Below the pieces are notes generated by a model. The model did not search any database. It was given only the letters and a program-made list of their open reading frames with translations, and was not told the DNA's origin. Shown here piece after piece: positions 26,156 to 37,749 of a stretch of DNA of 64,000 nt (positions are counted from its first letter, which is position 1; the number at the start of each line of letters is the position of its first letter). Source of the stretch: Ramazzottius varieornatus (Eukaryota > Animalia > Tardigrada); assembly GCA_001949185.1 (NCBI GenBank), contig BDGG01000005.1, positions 2,221,249 through 2,285,248 on the forward strand, given 5' to 3'. Position numbers and translations under genes: made by a program.

Positions 26156-26533
26156 TCAGCCGTTCATGTACTTGCAGGTCCGTAGGTCAAAGGGCGTTTG
26201 TGCTGCAGCCATCGACATGGTCCCAAGACAAATGCAGGATCCGGTGGGTAAAATCCTGGAGCAATCGATTCCGGGATTATAGGAAGGAACTTTGCTGATC
26301 AGGTCCTTCGTCAAGCCATTCTGTGCGGCTACACTTGTACACGTTTCTCCTTTCCGACTCAGAGCTCCGCGACTGCAGAGAACGTTGGACATCATTCCGC
26401 CCCCGTTTGATCCATAAGGGCTTTGCTGGTTGGAATATCGGGATCCTGATGACTGTTGGGAGGATGCTTCACCTAGAAAAGTTACACATACACAAAACGA
26501 GAGCAATAGAACAGAGGAAGTAAGATGGGCCAT
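26156..26533 (-). CDS. Small secreted LysM-domain protein (125 aa, intronless)
   Basis: Signal-peptide-like N-terminus; RKGETCTSVAAQNGLT..YNPGIDCSRILPTGSCICL fits a Cys-containing LysM. Confidence 0.75.
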   Translation of the reverse strand: MAHLTSSVLLLSFCVCVTFLGEASSQQSSGSRYSNQQSPYGSNGGGMMSNVLCSRGALSRKGETCTSVAAQNGLTKDLISKVPSYNPGIDCSRILPTGSCICLGTMSMAAAQTPFDLRTCKYMNG

Positions 26534-27006
26534 CGTTCGTATTGTAAAGCTGAATTTCCTCAGAGTTGAAAACGAAACTGCCCAAAGGAAGAAAACTTCT
26601 GAAATGAGTGAAATCGGACGTCTTTAATACGACAGCCTGTACGAGCATGTGGAGAAGCTGTGCGCATGGTGACTCTGATGTAAGTTTCATGTCGTCATTT
26701 GTCATTGATGCGAAACACCGTTTGCTATTGCTGGGGGAATAGAGTGGAATATGACGTAAGCTGCGCCTTCTGGCGTATGGGCTGTCAGTCTGATTGACAA
26801 TCGTTTGTTTGATCTCGAGAAGTAAGATGAAAATCGAGAACTTGCTGTTGCTTCCGTATTTGCACTTCCGCTAACAGCCGTTAAAAAGCTTTGGGGTACT
26901 TTCACTTCCACAGAAAATGCTCGTCATCTTATTCACAAAATGCGAGCCGCTGGCAAGCGGAATGCGAGGTAATTGTGGACCCGGAAGTCAGCGGAGAACC
27001 ATAACA

Positions 27007-30000
27007 CTATGGAATCTTCAATATGGAAGTAGATGAATCAGAGGCCGTCCAAAACTCTGGAAAAATTTCAGAAACTAGCAAATCTAGAAGAATCAAAACC
27101 AGCCTCATATTCAAAGTTTTATACTGAAACAGGTTGAGCATCATCTTGGCCAGGTCTTCGGGATTGAGCCCAGAGACCAACTTCACCGGCTCCGTCCTGC
27201 AGATCTTTCTCATCCGCTCCACAAAGTCAACTTCCCGCTGGAGTATCTCCTCTTCGGTAATTGCAGCATCTTGACTCGTCAAGATATCACAAAGAAGATG
27301 TATCATGTCCGCCAGCTGCCTCGGATCTTTCGCGAACTTTACAAAGCTGGAAATCTGATCATGCGCTAGTTTCTCTACAAGTGGCGCAGCAAAGGAATGC
27401 AGACATGCGATCAAACTTAGAATCTCAGGTTCAGTATGAAACACATTCGTAGCTAAATAAATTATCTGATCGAAAATACCGCTTATCTTCTTGTACTCTT
27501 GACTATTCTTGTCTAAGTCCGTCAGGTTGAAAGACGCGACGGAATCAGTCCGAGACTGCGGACGTTCGAGCGACATTGAGGAAGTTGTTTGACTTTCGCA
27601 CATGACATCTGAATGGGGCTTCTGCTTGACTGTGGGTAAGGCAGAACCCAACAAAGATCTCACGAAAGAGTCGATATTCTGTCCACGTTCTTGTGTCAAG
27701 ATCTGCGGGACGTTTCTGATGACTTTCCCGAGACCCAAGTCAGGAAAGCCGAGGGAGGAGTCGAAGTCAAGTGTAGTGGCTAAGAAGTTATACAGCATCT
27801 GACTGTATCGAAGTTTGGGCTCACTGACTAACGCTCGAAGAAACCGTTGAAAGTCTGGTATCCTCTGCTGCATGTATTCCAAGCTGGGCATAGTCCATGC
27901 TTTCTTTGGTGGAAGACAGTTAAAAACACTCAAGTCACCGTGAAACTCTCTCATTTTACTTTCCAGAATGTAAAACTCGGCGTAGCGTCTCTGAATGGAC
28001 CACTTCTTGTCCTTGTCGGGACTGAGTGGACCTCTATCCAAGACGTTGATGTTCAGCATCATGAAAATACGACCGCGATCGTCTCGGCGACGTTCAACGC
28101 GGGCTACCGTGACGTCGTAGAAGCTAAGGTCGCGAAGTGCGGACCCCAGGGCGTCCTCGTTGATGGAATGCTCGTGGTGATCGCTCTCGTCAAAGTCGTC
28201 GTCGGGAAGGCTCGAATTGTCCAGGTCATCGTCTATGTGGTTATAGTGGTTGTCAAGGACTGCGGGAACGTCTTTAAGAACACCGCGGACTGTTTCACCC
28301 AGCATGCGAAGAGGTTCCGGGTTCGCTTGGCGGGCTATACGTCGGGAGATGTTGCGCTTGACTTGACGCTTCTTATGGGCTTCACCGGTTGGTGGAATTA
28401 GTAGATGATGGTACAAACGAGTTTCCTGTAAAAAAAACTTTGATCATCTAACGATCATCTCGAAAAATCAAATAATCACACATGGTAGCAGACGACACAG
28501 ATTCAAGCCCGCTCAAAGATTTCTCAAACGCAATTTGTATTATAAGAACGTTGATTGACCTGTAAGCTTCGTTTTTACTACGATATTCTTAGTCGTGTGA
28601 ATATTCATCCAGTCATGCGTGTTTCATTTCAACCAAAACAGTTTCATTGTGCGAATTTTTCAGAATTTCATACTTCAAAATCTGGTACGAAGATGTTCTC
28701 AAGAAGGTTGACCAGCTGGTGGAAACAGTCGCTCCATGAGGGACACTGTCGGAGTCGCAGCACTGAAGCAGGTGCTCCAGCTGTTACAGTCTCAAGGTCT
28801 ATGAGGAACTGAAGCGGGAATGAGTACTCTTTCTCACCAGCCGCCTGAATCTGTTTCAACAGCTTCGTGGCACTGTTGAAGGTTGTCTGCACAGCTGCTT
28901 CACCCAGCACCGGACTTTCAAGGAACTTGTTAATCCACGACATTGATTCATGGATCTTCAAAAAATCTTCTAGGTTCTTGTCTTTCAAGTACTGCTCGAA
29001 CGAGTTCTTCAACGCGGGTTCTTTGAGGATTTCTTTCAGTGTCATCCTCTGAATGGTGCTTGGTGCCTTGTCGATGCTCAGTGTCTCCAGAATCGGTACT
29101 TCGGTAGCGTCTTCTTCAGGGCTCTGTAGGAGGGCAGCGCCACCAGGAGCCATGGCTGAATCAGCGGCTAAAGTGAGCAGGAAGTAGATTCGATGCGGTT
29201 CGGAAACCAGGTCGACAATGAGCTTCAGGACGGACTCGCTAAGAACTTCTCGGAAAAGGGCAGTCATGGCTGCAAACTTTCGGACCTCTTGAGGCACGAG
29301 GAAGTGAGCTAACTTGCCTGATAGTCGGTAAACGAATGTATCCTGTGGAATTTCTGAAAATAGAAATACTATTTCTCACGAAATTCACAATGTAAGTTTG
29401 GCAAGCCATGCGGTCGGCTAAACAAATTGCATCGATCCGTAATACCAGCCATTGACGGACGTTGTACAGCTTGCCACAACGACATATGTGGGTTTATGGA
29501 AATTACTATACGAGTACCTACCCGATTGGTCAGCCAGAGCTGGATGGAAGAAGTGCGGTTGCTCTGTAAAGAGCGCCTGAAGGTCGATAACCAAATCCGC
29601 TTTCTGGAGAGATCTGACACTCAAGAAGACGCTGATGTGGTCGACGAAGGCAGGAACAATCCTCTCCACGAGGAACACTGGATACTTTACTGTTCGCAAC
29701 CTTCTGATCAGCAAACTCGACGCATGTCGAATAGCCAACTCGAGCTCCGTCACGAAAGTCTTCCGGACTTGTATGATGCCATACCAATCTTTGAGAGCAT
29801 AGCTATGCACGATGATTTTCGTCAGCGACAGGAGAGCGTCGTCGATCAGCTTTGGAATCTTCAAGTTGTACCACGGATGAAGTCTCTCCAGATTCGCACT
29901 GGAAATTACGGCGTTCGGCCCTATCAGTTTCTGTGTGCTTGCTTTCGGGGATAATGCAGCGAAATTTTCTGTCCATTTGCTATTCAGAGAGTAGAATAAC

Positions 30001-30293
30001 CTAGCTATTCGGTGGACGAAGGGAGATTCTGCAGAGGAGAGTACTTTCTTCGTTTCAGCAGCGATGCCTCCATTCTCATCGTCTGCAATCACGAGGAACG
30101 AAGCAGCTCCGAACACTGTTATAACCAGTGCGAAGAGAAAAGTCCAGAGGAATCCAGATTTGAGAATGGTTATGACTGTGCAGCCCACGGCGATAAGGGA
30201 GATAATCTTGACGAGACTGCTAAAGGGCTTCCGTTTGTTCCACAAGAGCCGAGGTGGTTCAGATGAGACGTTCAAGATCGACAACGAGTCCAT
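27007..30293 (-). CDS. SNX14: Sorting nexin 14-like (TM-PXA-RGS-PX-PXC), 3 exons; start codon uncertain
   Basis: Two N-terminal TM helices; PXA region; RGS TLKEILKEPALKNSFEQYLKD; PX WSIQRRYAEFYILESKMREFHG; ERGQNIDSF; PXC FQYKTLNMRLVLILLDLLVSEIFPE. Confidence 0.9.
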
Positions 30294-31260
30294 GGCGCTC
30301 CTTGCTCCTTCACCGCGTGTTCCAGCAGCAAACATCCAGCTTTCGACCCATGAGATTGCCGGGAAAGATGAGACACTCCTGATCATGAAATAGTTCAAAG
30401 TTCGAACTGAAGAGTGGAGACTGATGAGCAGCTGGCGCTGCTGGGTGCATTATTTGTCATGTTATGTTATGGAAACCATGTCAAATTGTCAAATTGTTAA
30501 CACGACATGTTACTTGAAACCGTGCGCCCTGGGCCGGGGGTCGATCAGGATCAGGAAGTCTGTTTGACTGTAAGCCGAAGGATACGCTGATTGGTTGAAA
30601 TGCTGCCAGCCAAATCGATTCGCTTCCTGAACGCCCTGGACCGATGAGGAAAAGTTCGATTTTGGCTGATTGCTTTTGCGGCCCCCTGAGTGTCCGATAA
30701 GCTTTGCCCCACAACCCACTCCACAGCGTCCACACTTTCACCGAAATGGAAGTTCTGACTTTCTCCTTCAGTTTTTTTACTTCACCTCGCTAATACATAC
30801 CGACTGAACTCTCTGCTACCATCTTGTCGGCGGAGATCAAGGGAAGCGTCTGACGGGGTTGTCCTGAGATTCGTGGGGGAAACTTGTTCTAGGATCAAGA
30901 CTTACTAAGCGCTGCTTTTGGACAGTCAGCGGCTACACATCAGAAATTTCTCGCTGGGCGCCAAGGATATCCTTGTTAATGAGCTGAATAATTCACGTAT
31001 TGTTCAGCGAGATAAATCACATCATCCATCCAGGAGTTAAAGGCTGAATGGGATAGGCAAAAGCCCGAGAAGGTAAAGTTTTTGCGGCTAACCGTCATCT
31101 ATTGCGCCTTACTTACGATAACCAGAACAGCATCTGAGAACAGCATTACGTTCGCGATGGTTCTTGGCTAGTTTGATCAGCATGCCGGTCGATACCGGGA
31201 TATGGGATTGCAGTTGTTGGAGTTCGAGAAGATATCCAACGGGAACGGCAGTGAAACTCA

Positions 31261-34200
31261 CGAGGGGATTTAGCCTCTCCTCTAGTCTCAATTCCGAAAC
31301 CGAAACGGTAGAAAGATAGAGAAGAGCTTCCTCGACTGGGACAGTCGTCACCGGCTCAAAAATATCCTGGAAAATACAGCAGGAAGCGGAAGTGACGTAA
31401 GAATCTGAGCGATACATGGCTACTGATTTTATCGGGCGACTATCATCTATTTGGAATCAGGTCTGGAACTACATGTCGAGAAAGACAAATTTCACAAAAG
31501 TGGTATTTTTCGTAGAAATGATGAAAGCAAAGACGAGCTTTACACCAGCCACATTTCAGAAGCAGCGAACGTGAGCAGCTGTCGTGGTCGCAGTGGCCAG
31601 TCAGACCATCGAAACAGAATTCTGTCGGATTCACATACGTAAAGGACTTGTCAATGTAATCAGACAAGTGCCAAGCTTGTGCGACTAGGTTTCGGAATCT
31701 GGGTGAAGCGAACTGCTGATAGATCAAGGAATGTAGTTTGATGATCACATCTCGGTGATGCACCTGCACAGGCTGATCATTCAGGAATATCCAGCTGGAA
31801 ATCTTCCGGAAGTATCCCTTGTACATACGGAAATAAACGACGTCAAGTGGCTGAATTTGACCGGTTACTTTGGGTGGAATCGTGATCATCTCGTGCTCGA
31901 GCTCTTCAGGTTTGACTTCCTCGACAGCGTCTTGATCAGTGAACGTCGGCCACGAATCGACTATGAATACGCAGTGATGATGCATATGCGGAAAGGACAC
32001 TTTCTCACACCACTCGATGAACAAGCTGCTTGGCCATCTTGCCGGAAGTCGAAGCGGTCACATGAAGGTTTCTAGCTTTAAACATGGTTCGTTTGACGAT
32101 GGGCCCGAGGACACCCTTGTCTCCTTGCAGGGTGAAGATGAGAACCGGTAGAAACTTTCGGGTACCTGGAGAGACGCACATCATAACCGTATAACTGTGG
32201 GTCATAGAATTTTCTGATCGCGTGAGTGCCAAAACATGTTTTGCGCCGACAAAATCCAGAGTTTGACCTGGACGCATCTCGTACTGAAAGCTCGACTGGT
32301 TTGCATTCCCTAAGCAGTCCAGCCCATGGGCTTGAATCCTTGATTTGACTAGAGCAACACATTCCTTCATTCTTCATTTCCGGTTCTTCTTTCAGGTACT
32401 TTTCCGTGACAAACTTGGTAATCTTTCTGTCGCAAACGTCATAGTACGAGGGAAAGGTTGTTGAGTTAGCCGCCCCATGCTGCGGTTGTTGAGTTAGCCA
32501 CCCCATGCTGCGGTTGTTGAGTTAGCCACCCTTGCGTTATGTGGTTGAGCACAGGCAGTGCTATAGCATTGAGTCGTGGTATAAGTAATAGCGCTTTTTC
32601 AAACTGCGGTGTAGTGGACACCATACCGTCAAATACACAGTACGTAGATTTTGACATCTTCGCGACTGAACTATCCATCGCACAACCAGCTCATCACACT
32701 TCCCTGAAATCTTAGTGGTTATTCAATACAACAAATAATATTGAGGTCAGAATACTGATTATGAGGTAAAACAGCGGAACCCGCTTCAAATCATAGGGTC
32801 GATTACCCCTCAAGCTATCTTTTGTTTCTTTGCAACACGCGTCCGTCTTGGTGGAACTTCTTGGGCAATGTCTTCTGGCTCGTAGCTCGATGATGCTTTC
32901 CGCTTCGTCAAGTTGACTTTTCTAACCGCTACGCTCTTTCCAGCTTTATGCAAAATGCTTGATGTTTCCTGAACCTACTCTAGATTAGACTTTGACTTTC
33001 GTTTTGCAGCTTTAGAGGCGTCCTTAGCTGCTTCCACAGCAGCGCGTTTTGCGGCCTGCGCAGACTGAACGTTTTCCTCGTTGGTCAAACCTCCAGCATC
33101 AAGGTTCAGGTGGTCATTATTTTCCCGACGTGCTTTCTTTGGTGCGACAGTTAACAGCGAAGCTTAGAGTGAAGCAGCTAGCACGGCACCCGGAGTCACA
33201 CCTCGCTGCTTTAACCCGATGAATTCCAGAATTTCGTCACGATCGTTCTGGTCAACGATATCAAGCTCAGCAGACAAGGATTCCGTCAAACGTTCAAAAA
33301 TGGGCTGATAGTCTTTTGCAGCGACCTCCCCCGGGATCACACGATCACTAGGACAATGACGAGTCTTCACTGGCACGAATCACTTCAGGTCTGAATGGAA
33401 ACAGTCCTGATTTTCGGAATCCGGATACGAGATTCTGTCCGGCGTTGAAAGAGTGTTGAGGGAGGCATTCTTCCGTAAGAAACCACAGTTTTACCAGGTG
33501 AGACAAAAGATTATCCTTCGTCACCTGAGAATTACATCACATTAAGTAATCACCACTAGATTTCACTGAAATACCGCTGGTGAAATCCCACCAGTCCTCG
33601 TATCATATTATGACGGTCCTTCAAGTATTCAGCCCACAATTTCTTGACTTGCCCAAACACAGAGATATCAAAAGGCTGCAGATGACTCGTTTATCCAGCA
33701 GGTAGTGCGAAGACGTAAACGGTCTTGCCGGTTCTGCCTCGAACTCTTTGATGTATTGAGAGAAGTGTCCATCCGCGAATATCACATTCTATTATAAAAC
33801 ACAGATGACATCATAGTATAGGAATCAGTGAATTCTACAACAGCGACAATCGCTCACTGTGTAGTGACGTAGTGCGTAACGTATTGAGTACACTGTGGCT
33901 AGCCTTCATTTTAGTCATTGCCGGGAATACTACCAACTTAAGGTAATTGGCAAAGTGAAGTTGATCCATGGTTCCGGAATCATTCACTCCTGGATAGCAG
34001 TGCCCACTTGTACCATCTAGTCGTGAACGAACGTGTCGTTTACCGGAAAAGAGTGCCATGAACGGAAGTTGAAGTCCAGCGGCGTTACCACAAGGTAATA
34101 TAGTCACCAGTTCTTTCTCCGTTCCATCAAATTGGGAATAAATTTGACGCATTCCTTTTCGTCCTACCACCCTGTCGAACATTTCTGCCGTATTAAAGAC

Positions 34201-36285
34201 CGACTCGTCCAGATTCCACACTTGTTCTGGTTCGTCGAGGAAGGCTCGGTGGAAAAGTAGCTCTGTCAGCTTGCTGATGTATTTGTCCGCTAATTCATGT
34301 GTCCAATCGCGGTCTTTCTTTCGGTTATTTGCGTGGGTTACTCGTATGGACAACGTGGGATGTCGCTGCAGAAATCGACAGGAATGTTGATCGTTGAAGG
34401 CTGTGTGCTTAAAACATGTTGAGATTAAAATACGATCGACGTAAGCAAGATCGGAAGACAAATCACGAGAATAAATAATTCCACGCACCATGTCGGTTAT
34501 TTATCTCCACGATTGGTGCCGCGCAGTGCTGTCGAATTAGCGGAATTCCCGTACCAGAGCAAGCCAGTACAAAATCAGCAAGAGCTTCTTCTTGAGGAGG
34601 TATTTTCGGCTGCTTTCTGTGAGGCCCAAGATGCCGATTGTTCAGCCGATTACTCAGCGTCCGTCGATTGACTCCGTACAGCATTGCTGATTCCCGCTCA
34701 CTCCATTCCAGTTTAGCCACGGCCTGAGATGCTGCCTCCAATGTAAGTTGAGCATGAGCTTCGGTTGAAGTCTTCAGCTTGGGAGCTTTGGCCCTGTCGT
34801 ATAAATCAAGTCACGTCATCAACTAGATTTACGCTGCGAGCGCCTCTAGTGGCCTCGAGTTCATTTCCGGTCCAGGCTCTGTAACATGGGATTCAAGCGT
34901 TCTAAAATATGAAGATCCGTAGAGTCTTCCAGAACCCAACTTCGGTTACGCATAGTATTATCCGGCAGCCCCTCATTTTTTCTATCAATCCAACCGAAAT
35001 AATTTGGGTATTACTCACAGATAAGAGGCAAAAATATGTGGCTAACTGAACAACCTCGACATAGGCCGGCTAACTCAACAACCTTTCCCTCGTACCTGAA
35101 AGAAAACAAAAATCTATTATGATATTTTGCTTGATATCATCCGTACTAGCCTCTCGCTCCACACGTACTGTTTGAATATCGCAACCCACCAAGACGAAGC
35201 TGGAAGCCAGCCAGACCAACATCACGGTGTGTTGTGAGAGCCCATCGCTGGATGTCCATGTCTTTTACGACGTGAGGTTTCTGCTTGGCGAGGAAGAACT
35301 GTTTTCCTGTCTTTAGTCCTATGGCCTCCAGCTTATCGATTCGCGAGCCTCCCGCTGCTAGCTGTCTCTCCCATTCGTTCAGTTGGCGTATGCTAGTTAT
35401 TTGAACCTTTTCTGCACGCACGACAGACTACGACCCTTCTTGGTGACTGGCTCAGTCCAGAAATTCACGACCCGTTTCTTGTAGTCAACGTCGGCTGCTT
35501 GGTCAAATGGAACTTTGGGATCCGGTATTCTAGGGAAGAACAGCTCTTGCGACGACGGGACGACGGCTCAGTTTCGTTGGATAGAGGTTCGTAGTTGGTC
35601 AGACGATCGTCTGGAGTAGCATCCGTATAACCATTCAACAGGTTGGTTATGGCAAAGGACTTCTCGAACTCATCAACTGTTGAGGTGTTTGTGGGCAGCC
35701 GGAACCGCAAGTCTTCCTCGGTAGGCAGAACAGAGCAGCCAGCAGCCTGGCTAAGGTGAACGTCCAAAAATTCCGGAACAGAGCAGTCGACCCGTATATC
35801 ACACAGCAGAGACACTATTAGTAAGAATTAATACCTTTGAGAAGTGTCTTCAACAGCTTATCAGCTGCACTTATGCGAGTCGCTGGGCTGGAAGTGCTGC
35901 CCATATTCCGTCTCCAGAAGATTCAGGATGTTCATAGGATAGACAGTATCCATGTCGTTCGGATTATAAAGAAAAAGAAACTGGAAGAGTTTTTATGGAA
36001 AACATCCACAGGCGCGCCGTTGTGCTGAATACCAGCTGGTCTTATGCAATGCAGTGCAGTTTCGTCAATCAAAACGCCAATCATACCATAAGTTAATCAA
36101 ACTACTTGATTAGACGAAATAGCCATGTACCGCCCAGATTCTCACGTCACTTCCGCTTCCCGCTGTATTTTCCAGGATATTTTTGAGCTGGTTACGACTG
36201 TCCCAGTCGATAGACGAATCTTTTCTCTATCTTTCTACCGTTTCGGTTTCGGAATTGAGACTGGAGGAGAGGCTAAGTCCCCTCG
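31261..36285 (-). mobile_element. Decayed Tc4/Tc5-like DNA transposon with ~165-bp TIRs, interrupted by a nested element
   Basis: TIRs 31261-31423 and 36121-36285 starting CGAGGGGA; TCA/TTA flanks (TNA-type); transposase remnants HSYTVM, VDSW-..-QPLD with D-x37-D spacing, Cys/His-rich C-terminus; frameshifts present. Confidence 0.9.
32447..35092 (-). mobile_element. Nested pogo/CENP-B-like DDE transposon, pseudogenised
   Basis: Perfect TIR CGAGGGAAAGGTTGTTGAGTTAGCCG with TA duplication (32445-6, 35093-4); subterminal GGTTGTTGAGTTAGCC repeats (3 left, 2 right); psq-type HTH, VWNLDES, DGHFS and QPFD motifs with stops and frameshifts. Confidence 0.92.
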
Positions 36286-36546
36286 TTAAGGCGCCGGAAG
36301 AGAAGAATTGTCGACCATTTAGCTGTCAGCTGATTGTCTGACAGAGTTTGCGCAACCTGACGCGCTACCCGTCAGGCAGGAGGATCAGCATTGAGCGATC
36401 AGGCTGATTGCTTGATGCCTGATCGGTAGTTTTTCCTCTTAGCGCAATCTCTTAACCACGTCCAGCTGTCAAGGTCCAAGGCTCCACGGACCATGGATCG
36501 TAATCCCTCTTTCATCTGTTGTTTGTCATGTCATATATCGTACATA

Positions 36547-37027
36547 TTGCGAGAGCTCCGCCCAAAAGGCTGGTCTTCCAGCTGAGCTTTAGAATGAATC
36601 ATAGACCGCTTGAGTCATCGTCGAAAGCTGTTCAGGCATTCTATAACGCCCTTAAATTGGGGCAAACTATGGCAAGCCTGAGCTTATGGCGGAAGATGAA
36701 AGAGAAATTTCTTGGCACCGAAAATGGTCTCTACCATCAGTCATCTGCTGTACGTACAGGCATAGTGCCTTATTATACCGTGTTGATCGTGCAGTGCCGT
36801 CAAGTGGTACTATCAACAGGGTTATCAATTCCGTATTGATAAATACGCCAACATCTTCGAATGATTAGTACAGAATTGATTGATCAAATCCGAAATCTTG
36901 ACTCATGAGTCATCAAAACCTTGGACAAATTCGTCAAAAAAATTATAAAATCAGCCTGAGTAAAGGATCGTGCTGTCTGGAGCTCGGGCTTCCTCTGATG
37001 AGTTTGCGATTCAGAGTCCCTTGGGTA
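36547..37027. repeat. Dispersed repeat, copy 2 (shorter centre than 12487-13200)
   Basis: Aligns to copy 1 by eye over both arms. Confidence 0.85.
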
Positions 37028-37321
37028 TTAATGTTGTCAATTCTTGTCGATTTTCGCCGGAAGTGCAGGTGGCCATGGTGGATTTGCTTTGAACCTTGAC
37101 TTGAATGCGGAGCCTCATTAGTTTCTTATCGGCGAGACTGGCAGGACCATGTCTGTCCATACACCTCAGGAATCGATCATTGCTGGGATCGATCTTGTGC
37201 GTTCCGCAGCTTCCGCTCCCCGAGTAAACCGGGTGGTCCTAATATGGAAGGCTCGGCGAAGCTAAAATCGGCCAAAATAGTTTTGACATCAATAAATCAA
37301 TCGAACGCACAATACATTTCA

Positions 37322-37380
37322 GCCGTGGCTAAAAGTATTTTAGCTGCTTTAGCCGCAGCCAAAATATTTTTAGCCACGGC
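37322..37380. repeat. 26-bp-arm inverted repeat among GGCTAAAA motifs
   Basis: GCCGTGGCTAAAAGTATTTTAGCTGC / GCAGCCAAAATATTTTTAGCCACGGC. Confidence 0.7.
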
Positions 37381-37749
37381 CAAGAACGGCTAAAACGGCT
37401 TATTTCAGCTTCGCCGATCCTTCTATAGGTCCTAATAATTCAAGGTATACGCGGCATGTGCTATTGCTGCAGTTACTAGCGAGATTCCGTTCCCATTGCT
37501 TCAGCATCCTGCAGTATATGTTCGACGGTTCGTAACGCTGTGTAGGTTGGGACGTGTGATGACGGGCTTCTGTTTGCAGGACAACGAAACTGTTGAATAC
37601 TGCATGAGCTGACGCAGGATCTACAGGTTTTCGAAATAGCTGACTATGCAAGTGAAGTGAATTCTACAACTGTGGAAAGGACACTTGCTTATCAGCTGTG
37701 CGATATGTGTCTTGTAGTAACAAGGCCTGAGACTTACGCGGAAAGATTA

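Noticed and set aside
27847-29954. Long antisense ORFs (184 and 175 aa) over SNX14, and similar shadow ORFs elsewhere
   Set aside because: They are opposite-strand shadows of real coding exons with no motifs
32455-32530. Three ~27-bp tandem units that look like a mini-CRISPR
   Set aside because: The spacers are near-identical and the units are subterminal repeats of the pogo-like TIR; the DNA is eukaryotic with no cas genes
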